From NCBI GenBank assembly GCA_046582655.1, contig JAYGDX010000150.1, positions 1 through 17,325 on the forward strand: DNA of 17,325 nucleotides, read 5' to 3'. The notes below the pieces were generated by a model, which was given only the letters and a program-made list of their open reading frames with translations, did not search any database and was not told the DNA's origin. Positions 1 through 6,394 of the stretch are shown here, one piece after another (within the stretch, counting starts at the first letter, position 1; each line of letters opens with the position of its first letter). The DNA is from Candidatus Poribacteria bacterium (GTDB lineage: Bacteria; Poribacteria; WGA-4E; UBA9662). The position numbers and the translations under genes are program-made.

Positions 1-451
1 ATGGATGTTTTTGCTGCCGATAACGATGGCATGGGTATTACTTGGGCTTATGAAAGCACCAAAAAAACATTATCGTGTCATCATGATCAATGATGGATGG
101 CCTGAGGTCCCAGTTGATAGAATCAAAGGACCATTCATGAAAATTCAGAAGCAGGTTAGTGATGACAAGCCTTGGTATGAGTTGATAGAGGCTGAGAAAG
201 GAATTACCTATAAAGAACAGACTCCGCTTCACTGGCAATTCGAGGTCAAAGGTGGCGAGTTTAAGTTAACACGGGAAGACAACAAAACGATCAAAGGTTC
301 CGATAAGGAGTATGAAGAAGGTTATATTGGCATTCAACTTTATGCCCAGCTGGGACATTTTGACAATATTGTGATTGAAAATACTTGGGCGGTAGACCCT
401 CGAAAAAAAGTGTCGACAACTTGGGCACAAATTAAGAAAGACCGCAATTAA
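1..451 (+). CDS. 3' part of a probable secreted beta-sandwich (DUF1080/ConA-like) protein with a C-terminal AVDP..K..TTWA.IK tail; apparent +1 frameshift at the A7 run 61-67
   Basis: Frame 1 (1-60) reads DVFAADNDGMGITWAYEST. Frame 2 continues KHYRVIMINDGWP...EGYIGIQLYAQLGHFDNIVIE, where G.IG.Q and FDNI.I are DUF1080-like motifs. The gene probably starts upstream of the window. Confidence 0.6.
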   Translation, partial: WMFLLPITMAWVLLGLMKAPKKHYRVIMINDGWPEVPVDRIKGPFMKIQKQVSDDKPWYELIEAEKGITYKEQTPLHWQFEVKGGEFKLTREDNKTIKGSDKEYEEGYIGIQLYAQLGHFDNIVIENTWAVDPRKKVSTTWAQIKKDRN

Positions 452-475
452 GAATATTTGTTGCCCATCCTTTTG

Positions 476-506
476 CCCCTCTCTTTTACTATGGGAGGGT
501 TTTTTT
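476..506 (+). terminator. Rho-independent terminator of ORF1
   Basis: Stem CCCTCTC (477-483) / GGGAGGG (493-499) followed by T7 (500-506), starting about 25 nt after the stop codon. Confidence 0.75.
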
Positions 507-583
507 GCGTCATACTAAGGTCTCGATTAAACCTTGAATCAGCCGTTTCGGGTGCCATAATATCTAGTAACATTGGCTATTTA

Positions 584-617
584 GGATTGAAGGAGAAATC
601 TGGATTCAGGAGAAATC
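584..617. repeat. Imperfect tandem duplication (17/16 nt)
   Basis: GGATTGAAGGAGAAATC (584-600) and GGATTCAGGAGAAATC (602-617). Confidence 0.6.
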
Positions 618-651
618 AAATAGAATAGAAGGAATAGGTGACAGGATCAAG

Positions 652-984
652 TTGAATCCTGAACTGAGATCATTGCCGTTTGGATCATTCATTGGTAAGT
701 CGTTCAAACATGATAAGGATCACTTGACGTGTCCAGAATGTGACAGCAAATTTTATTCGCTTACCATTAAGCACAGCGAAAAAGAAATCTTTAATGCTCT
801 TCATTTGCTTCATCCGCATGTGGCTCATATACTTAGCGGTGGTCAAGTTCCGAGGTTCCGACTTATTGGGAAAAAAACTAAACGTAAGAATTTAAATGAT
901 CCAGTTGGTGGAACTGGGTCTAAACATATAAGGGAGCTTTTTGATGGACATGGGAAGAGCTTTAGGAATCTGGGAGGAGTATGA
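652..984 (+). pseudogene. C-terminal part of the split Rep (FGSFIG...CPEC zinc knuckle), fused to about 9 flank-derived codons
   Basis: Reads ...FGSFIGKSFKHDKDHLTCPECDS, which completes the R.L..FG motif left unfinished at 4301. The stop overlaps the next ATG (ATGA, 981-984). Confidence 0.65.
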
Positions 985-1253
985 CTTTTCATAAACAAGA
1001 TAATGAATCCACTTTTGTTAACGCTGGAGAGGGTTGGTTGAATGATGGTGAAAATGGTCAGTTCTACAGTTTGACGTTTGAACGTGAAGTAATCGATAAA
1101 TACTGGGATCATCTTGTCGTAAACGGTTGCTTGTTGATTAAGAATCAGTTTAAGGGTGATGATGGTAGGAAACCTGATGTCATTTTGCATCTCCGTGTAC
1201 CGTCAGATGATGTTAAGGGGCAGACTGATGATGAGTCTTTGGCTCTTAATTGA
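981..1253 (+). CDS. Small hypothetical protein; candidate ssDNA-binding protein (DUF736-like motifs, acidic tail)
   Basis: GGAG SD and ATGA coupling to the upstream ORF. Motifs G.GW....G.FYSL and N..K.....PD, with acidic C-terminus SDDVKGQTDDESLALN. Confidence 0.6.
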   Translation: MTFHKQDNESTFVNAGEGWLNDGENGQFYSLTFEREVIDKYWDHLVVNGCLLIKNQFKGDDGRKPDVILHLRVPSDDVKGQTDDESLALN

Positions 1254-1317
1254 GAATGTGTTGGGGGGTGGCTTTCTGTGATAGACTTTTTACTGTCACT
1301 ATAGGGATGGTCTTGAT

Positions 1318-1560
1318 ATGAGGGAATTGTCATTGGGCAATCTAGAAAGTTATAGGGAAGTTATTATTGAGATGATGCGGTATGGTGGGGCTGTTGATCA
1401 AATAGCAGTTGAATTAAAATGTTCTGAGCAAGATCTTATTCATTTTATCAAGTCGTCTGGTCTTGATAAAATGCTTAGTCGAAGGTCATGGAAGTGGAAA
1501 GCCCCTGGGAAATGGAGAAGAAAAGTTATTGTATCTAAACATGGAAAGAAGGTTGGTTGA
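1318..1560 (+). CDS. Small helix-turn-helix DNA-binding protein
   Basis: VDQIAVELKCSEQDLIHFI fits an HTH pattern; strongly basic C-terminus. Confidence 0.6.
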   Translation: MRELSLGNLESYREVIIEMMRYGGAVDQIAVELKCSEQDLIHFIKSSGLDKMLSRRSWKWKAPGKWRRKVIVSKHGKKVG

Positions 1561-1562
1561 TT

Positions 1563-2384
1563 ATGTCTGAATTTTATATTAAAGCGTCTGAGGCAGCGCG
1601 TCGGATCGGTGTCTCCCTGGTCACAGCAAAACGAATGATTTCCGACGGTCGATTAATTGGTGAGAAAATTGGCAGTCGATGGCAGATTCTAGAGCGGTCT
1701 GTGTTCGATTACTTGGGGAAAAATGAAGAAGAAGTGAACAAAAATGAAGTTGATTCTGCTGTTTCTACTGCTCAAAATCCATTAGAACCGGTTCAAAATG
1801 GTTTGGATACTGCTGATTCTGGTGGTTTTTCTTCATCTGTTGTGTCAGTTGGTGATGTTGACATCTCGCGCATGCGCGGACTAGGAAGTGAAACTTTTCC
1901 AGAGCATTCGCTCTTGGTTGATGAGTTTGGTCATATGTTCGGTTCCATTCAGTTGAATGCTGATCAGTTTTGGGGGAACTGCTTGCGATTTGTTGATGAC
2001 TATTTGTGGATTTATTGGCGACCTTCTTTTAGTCAATATGCTCTCGAGGAATTATCTTATGATCTGAAAGCGACTGCACCGATTGTTGATCTGCTTTCAA
2101 TGTCGTTATATGATGTTGTCAAGTGGGTTGTCTCTCTTCATGTCTATGGCGGGAGTCGGTATAATGGTGACGATTATGAAAATGGGGTGTGGCGTGTTGA
2201 ATTGCGGCGTGCTTTGTCTGAGAATGGGGGTGGTGACCAGCTGTATCGGCGTTGCGCGTACTCTTATCCGTTTGAATTTCGTTCTGGAAGTTATGAAAGT
2301 CAGGATGGTGGAATCTTTTCGATTGAAAATGGAGTTACTGAGATGACACTTGATCGGATGAATGGGGTGTTAAATGGCTCTTAG
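1563..2384 (+). CDS. Protein with N-terminal excisionase-like (HTH_17/MerR-like) DNA-binding domain and unknown C-terminal domain
   Basis: YIKASEAARRIGVSLVTAKRMISDGRLIGEKIGSRWQI matches the Xis-family pattern. ATG 1563 is preferred over TTG 1557. Confidence 0.8.
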   Translation: MSEFYIKASEAARRIGVSLVTAKRMISDGRLIGEKIGSRWQILERSVFDYLGKNEEEVNKNEVDSAVSTAQNPLEPVQNGLDTADSGGFSSSVVSVGDVDISRMRGLGSETFPEHSLLVDEFGHMFGSIQLNADQFWGNCLRFVDDYLWIYWRPSFSQYALEELSYDLKATAPIVDLLSMSLYDVVKWVVSLHVYGGSRYNGDDYENGVWRVELRRALSENGGGDQLYRRCAYSYPFEFRSGSYESQDGGIFSIENGVTEMTLDRMNGVLNGS

Positions 2385-2988
2385 TTATCGCGTTCTGTTT
2401 CGGGCTGTTGTTGGTTTAACTTCTTTGGAAACTGCTGTTGGCTATCTGAATAAATACGATAAAAAATATGATCATTTACGGTTGCGGGAAAGTGTTCTAA
2501 GCTGTTTTAAGGGGAGGATGCTCACTGAACTTGAAAGCATTGCCGACTTCAAGCAGACGTGGGGTGATCTTGATTCTTTGATGCGTGTTGCCATTGATAC
2601 AGGGCTGAAGAAAGACCATCACGATCTTCTCGTTGGCTATTGTACGGCTGAGGATCATGGTCGATGGCGCGGGATTGGTGAGACTGCTGTTGATCTTGAG
2701 TACACCAATGTTTGGGAAGGTGAACGTGGAATCAATGCAATTGCTGAAGAAGTCTGGGAAGATTTGCAGATTGGATTGTTTTCTTCCGTTTGGGATGTCG
2801 TCTCTGGCAGGGAAGAAATTTTAGAATGTGTTGTTGAGGATCGTTATTGTCGTAATCTCTTTGTCGTTGGTCATCGGCGACAGGAATACTGCGATCCAGC
2901 TTGTCGGAAAGCTGATGGAATGCGCAAAGTTAGGTTGCGTAAGAAGGAGAGATTTTCAGGTAAATCAGAATCTATTTTAAGGGTTTGA
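2374..2988 (+). CDS. Protein with C-terminal CGNR-type zinc finger
   Basis: C-x6-C..LF......QEYCDPACR followed by the basic helix MRKVRLRKK; overlaps the upstream gene by 11 nt. Confidence 0.7.
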   Translation: MALSYRVLFRAVVGLTSLETAVGYLNKYDKKYDHLRLRESVLSCFKGRMLTELESIADFKQTWGDLDSLMRVAIDTGLKKDHHDLLVGYCTAEDHGRWRGIGETAVDLEYTNVWEGERGINAIAEEVWEDLQIGLFSSVWDVVSGREEILECVVEDRYCRNLFVVGHRRQEYCDPACRKADGMRKVRLRKKERFSGKSESILRV

Positions 2989-3014
2989 CAATTACTACTT
3001 GTATAGGGCAGTAT
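2985..3014 (+). promoter_or_regulatory. Possible sigma70 promoter for leader/rep
   Basis: Perfect TTGACA (2985-2990), 18-nt spacer, weak -10 CAGTAT (3009-3014). Confidence 0.35.
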
Positions 3015-3046
3015 TAACTACCATGTTAAAAAGTCTGTATTAAAAT

Positions 3047-3069
3047 GCTGGTTGCTAGCAACAACCAGC
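3047..3069. repeat. 8-bp perfect hairpin; possible minus-strand terminator of a counter-transcript
   Basis: GCTGGTTG-CTAGCAA-CAACCAGC; followed on the minus strand by ATTTTAAT. Confidence 0.55.
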
Positions 3070-3094
3070 GGGAACCTTACGATCTAAGGAGATC

Positions 3095-3205
3095 ATGAAA
3101 AACTGTAGCGAGGCATTTTTTTGTTACTGGCTCACAGACACAATCTTGAATTGTGTCTGTGAGCCAGTGTGCTTCGTGCTTCCGTTTTTCCGTAAGGCAA
3201 CGTGA
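3095..3205 (+). CDS. 36-aa leader peptide translationally coupled to rep (not in the ORF track)
   Basis: AAGGAG SD at 3086-3091, ATG at 3095, MKNCSEAFFCYWLTDTILNCVCEPVCFVLPFFRKAT. Its TGA (3203-3205) overlaps the rep GTG (3202-3204) as GTGA. Confidence 0.5.
   Translation: MKNCSEAFFCYWLTDTILNCVCEPVCFVLPFFRKAT
3126..3168. repeat. Perfect 19-bp inverted repeat with CTTGA loop; candidate double-strand origin cruciform
   Basis: ACTGGCTCACAGACACAAT-CTTGA-ATTGTGTCTGTGAGCCAGT just upstream of rep; no following U-tract on either strand. Confidence 0.8.
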
Positions 3206-4320
3206 ATAATAACACTTCTAGTTCTCAAGAATTATCTGCTTTTTCTCTCTCCGCTTCTGCTGTGCTTGGTGCGTTAGAAACTCATACTCTGTCTAGTGAC
3301 TCTAGCTCTGAAGACTCTTCACTTGTATTTACTGGCATAACTGTTCCAGATGATGTTCCGTCTGATAGTGACATTTTAAAAAATTCACTGCTTGCTTCTG
3401 ATATTGAGTCTGATGAAGCTCTGCCTGTTGACAAGAATGACGATGAAATTAGGGACAACCGTCAAGTTTTAGCTGAGATTTTGCTTAAGTATGCGGATTT
3501 TTGTAAGTCTGGTGGTGCGGAGCTGGACTACAAGTTGTTGAGGGGGAAAGCTCTTAATTTGCATTCGTGTGGTTCTTCTTATATTGATTTTAGGTGCTTG
3601 AAAGCTCACTGTGAGCATACTTTATGTCTTGAATCAACATTGCAAATCTCGTGTTTGTCCAGACTGCTCGTCTCGTAAGCGTAGGGATTGGCGTGATAAG
3701 TACTTGCCTCATTTGGAGAAGATAGATCCATCGCAATTACGGTTTATGACGTTGACATTGCGGAATAAGGGAGACTTGCGTGGTGGTAGATCATTAAATC
3801 ATTTAAAAAACTGCGCCTGAAGAAATTACCCTCCTCTTTTAAGGGGGGGCTTGTCGGCTATGAAGCTCATCTGGGGGATGATGGTCTCTGGAATATTCAT
3901 TGTCACGTCTTGTATCAGGGGGGATACATTGACCAGGCTAAGCTTTCTGAAACTTGGAAAGAGGTCACTGAGGATTCTGATATCGTTTGGATTTCTTCTG
4001 TTCTTGGTAAGGGGTATAGATGTTGGTATCGTGATAAGCGAATCTCCGCTCAGCAATCCGCGCTTGACTATATCTTGAAATATGTAGTTAAGGGGGTGGG
4101 AGTGTGTGTTGATAATGCTGATATCAGTTCTGAGTTATCTGCGTCATGGGATTCTGAAGATTGGGATAGCTTTAACATTGGCACTACTTTGAGTCCGTTT
4201 GAGCTGAAGAATGAAGCGCGTTCTGCTGGTGATGCTCGTTGGTCCGTTAAGTCTCTCTCTGAGTTCTTGGTCTTTCTTCATAAATCACGGTTGCTTCAAA
4301 CTATAACAAGCGTATTTTAA
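3202..4320 (+). pseudogene. rep: HUH-superfamily rolling-circle replication initiator (pC194/Rep_1-like, two-Tyr motif III), with two frameshifts and cut at about 4301
   Basis: Frame 1 to about 3621, then frame 2 with CKSRVCPDC and motif I FMTLT (3743-3757). Frame 1 resumes at 3790 with motif II WNIHCHVL (HCH 3898-3906) and motif III YILKYVVK (4069-4092). Confidence 0.85.
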
Positions 4321-4347
4321 GAATAGTATAAAGCGTGTGTTTGAAGG

Positions 4348-4374
4348 AGATGGGCAGCCATATGCCCTCTTTTT
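4348..4374 (+). terminator. Possible weak terminator
   Basis: GGGCA-GCCATA-TGCCC stem-loop followed by TCTTTTT. Confidence 0.4.
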
Positions 4375-4378
4375 ATAT

Positions 4379-4408
4379 TTGTTCTTCAGATTTAAGTTAT
4401 GCTAAGAT
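4379..4408 (+). promoter_or_regulatory. Probable extended -10 promoter of the coaD operon
   Basis: TG-C-TAAGAT at 4400-4408 with TTGTTC 18 nt upstream, about 40 nt before the coaD ATG. Confidence 0.4.
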
Positions 4409-4448
4409 GCAGACTCAAAGATAACATTTGTTTGATGAAAGTATTACT

Positions 4449-4958
4449 ATGCCGGAAAAAATCATCATTTTCCCCGCCAGTTTTGATCCTGTTACAAACG
4501 GACATATTGATTTAATTGATCGTATCTCCCGCCTCTCGAGCTCCGATAAACTCATTGTGGCAATCGGTGTAAATCCAGCTAAACCCACCAGATTTACGCT
4601 TGAAGAGCGAATCGAAATGTTGAGAGAAGTGATAAAGCCCTATCCAAATGCTGTGGTTAATCAATATTCCGGATTAACAGCACAGTATGCTGCCTCACTT
4701 GGAGCCTCCACCATTGTTCGAGGCCTGCGTGTGTTTTCCGATTTTGAATATGAATTTCAAATGGCGAGGATGAATCGACAGCTGGCACCGTTGGTGGAGA
4801 CAATTTTTATGATGGCCGATCTAAAATACGCACATCTCAGCTCAACTTTGGTCAGTGAAGTGATGGAAATGTCAGATCCAAAAGTAACAGATGAATTTCT
4901 GCTTAAAATGGTTCCCCCTATTGTTATTCAGTTCCTAAAGAAAAATTTTGAATCCTAA
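4449..4958 (+). CDS. coaD: Phosphopantetheine adenylyltransferase
   Basis: FPASFDPVTNGH, IVRGLR..SDFEYEFQMA.MNRQL and HLSSTLV signatures; ATG 4449 matches the usual N-terminus. Confidence 0.95.
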   Translation: MPEKIIIFPASFDPVTNGHIDLIDRISRLSSSDKLIVAIGVNPAKPTRFTLEERIEMLREVIKPYPNAVVNQYSGLTAQYAASLGASTIVRGLRVFSDFEYEFQMARMNRQLAPLVETIFMMADLKYAHLSSTLVSEVMEMSDPKVTDEFLLKMVPPIVIQFLKKNFES

Positions 4959-6369
4959 ATATTTTCTTTCGAGAATCAGCGGTTCCTTACCTTTACAAAT
5001 TGTTGTTCTCTCATCTTTTTTTTTCTTTTACCACAAGTTGCTGAATTATCTGATGGTTTACGTGCCAATTCATCTCGGGGCTGTCAAGGCTAACCATCAT
5101 GTCCCACCACTGTTTGCTGTTCCACAGATGAACTTAGGATTTTGGCTCATACCTGCATTTGTCATCCTGACCCTGTTTCTCCTATTCTGGCGTAAGCTGG
5201 TTGATCATCCAAGGATTTCGATCGCGAGATTTCTAACTATCTCTACAGGCATTTTCTTACTTATCAGCATCAGTGTAGCGATGATTGATGGATACAAAGA
5301 GGTTGATGGAAAACGATTACCCGCGCTTCTTGAGCCTTATACCCGTTTATCGCTTGAGTATTATGGTGATGTCCCGCTTCTGGATAAAGTGGGTCTTTAC
5401 CATTTTCTGAAAAATTATGCCAAACCGGATATCTTCCCGAAACTGTCTGGACACGCGCAAACGCATCCTCCCGGCAGTGTAATTTTTTTATGGGCTGTTA
5501 GCAAAATCTTCGGATACAATCTCATCTCAACGTCCCTCATCTCAATCCTCTTCACTAGTATTACTATTATTCCCATCTATTTGCTGGCAAAAAAACTCTA
5601 TGGTGAAAAAGTAGGGAGATTATCAATAGTACTTTTTCTGGTTATGCCCAATTTTGTCATGTTTACGTCAACATCAATGGATGGCCCATTTAGTGTTTTT
5701 CCAATCCTAAGTGTCTATCTCTTTTTTAAATCGGTTTCTTCCCCACACAAAATTTCGGCGATTTGCGTCGGACTTTGTCTGAGTTTGGGTATGCTGATGA
5801 CTTACTCTACCGTTTTTATCGGTTTATATTTCATCATTCTTGTTATTTTAAGTTTTATTGTAGACCGTCAAAGATTCCGTCATGTCATGAAAATGCTGTC
5901 AATTTCCTTGATTTCGTTTATTGCTTTTTATGTTCTTCTGTTTGTGTTTACAAACTTCAATCCGTTTGAAGCTGTATGGGTTTCAATCAAGAAAGATGAA
6001 GCAGGCATGGGAACCGGGTATGAAACGGTCGGTCGATATGTGAGTTTGAGTATTGCCAATCTCTTTTCCTTTTTGATTGGTGTGGGGGTGCCGTTAACTG
6101 TCTCTTGGATCTATGGTACGGTGAAATCAATTCAGGAATCTTGGGATCTATTTCCTTTTAGCTATCTAGTCACCTTAATTATTATTGCATTTTCAACGCT
6201 TTATACTATGGAAGTCGAACGAATATGGATTTTTATGGCACCCTTTATCGTTATTCCTGCGGCTAAATATCTGCACCAGCGCAACAATCTTTCCGATCTA
6301 CGCTGGGTTATCAGTTTAACGGTTCTTCAATTGCTCTTATTTGAGGTAATGTTGTATACTTACTGGTAG
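4948..6369 (+). CDS. Polytopic GT-C-fold glycosyltransferase (PMT/ArnT-like)
   Basis: Many hydrophobic helices, THPPG motif, S..MD loop and EVERIW near the C-terminus. Confidence 0.7.
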   Translation: MNPKYFLSRISGSLPLQIVVLSSFFFFYHKLLNYLMVYVPIHLGAVKANHHVPPLFAVPQMNLGFWLIPAFVILTLFLLFWRKLVDHPRISIARFLTISTGIFLLISISVAMIDGYKEVDGKRLPALLEPYTRLSLEYYGDVPLLDKVGLYHFLKNYAKPDIFPKLSGHAQTHPPGSVIFLWAVSKIFGYNLISTSLISILFTSITIIPIYLLAKKLYGEKVGRLSIVLFLVMPNFVMFTSTSMDGPFSVFPILSVYLFFKSVSSPHKISAICVGLCLSLGMLMTYSTVFIGLYFIILVILSFIVDRQRFRHVMKMLSISLISFIAFYVLLFVFTNFNPFEAVWVSIKKDEAGMGTGYETVGRYVSLSIANLFSFLIGVGVPLTVSWIYGTVKSIQESWDLFPFSYLVTLIIIAFSTLYTMEVERIWIFMAPFIVIPAAKYLHQRNNLSDLRWVISLTVLQLLLFEVMLYTYW

Positions 6370-6394
6370 TTGAAAATATTTCGGGGACGTAGAC

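Larger units (their letters stand above)
678..4301 (+). mobile_element. Integrated small rolling-circle replicon (cryptic plasmid or satellite-like ssDNA element), 3624 bp, circularly permuted within rep
   Basis: HUH Rep motifs I-III are present and all genes are co-oriented. The + strand is T/G-rich. The rep N-part ends at 4301 and its apparent C-part starts at 678. The join is in frame and centred on an inverted repeat. Confidence 0.75.

Noticed and set aside
550..577. dif-like half sites (GGGTGCCATAA here; TTATGCTAAGA near 4397) suggesting XerCD integration
   Set aside because: Neither has a matching partner arm across a 6-bp spacer, and both lie about 100 nt from the junctions. The second is better explained as an extended -10 box.
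1308..1468. TGGTCTTGATA twice (1308, 1458), containing the CTTGATA nick heptamer
   Set aside because: Both copies overlap a start codon or coding sequence, lack a strong enclosing stem, and are plausible by chance in T/G-rich DNA. Kept only as alternatives.
1867..1878. 12-bp palindrome CGCGCATGCGCG
   Set aside because: Single occurrence inside a CDS with no supporting context.
3851..4078. Alternative-frame and antisense ORFs in the element (843-1190, 1145-1333, 2083-2346, 2633-2824, 3826-4056, 3851-4078)
   Set aside because: They overlap better-supported genes; their hydrophobic look follows from T-rich codons read out of frame.
678..4301. Inovirus prophage or IS91-family transposon call
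   Set aside because: No Zot/pI ATPase or small hydrophobic coat genes. An IS91 element would keep its transposase intact between its ends.
448..4325. 9-bp direct repeat TTAAGAATA (448-456 and 4317-4325) as att core or target duplication
   Set aside because: Short and AT-rich. It would place the ORF1 terminator inside the element and does not fit the rep split, which points to 678/4301.
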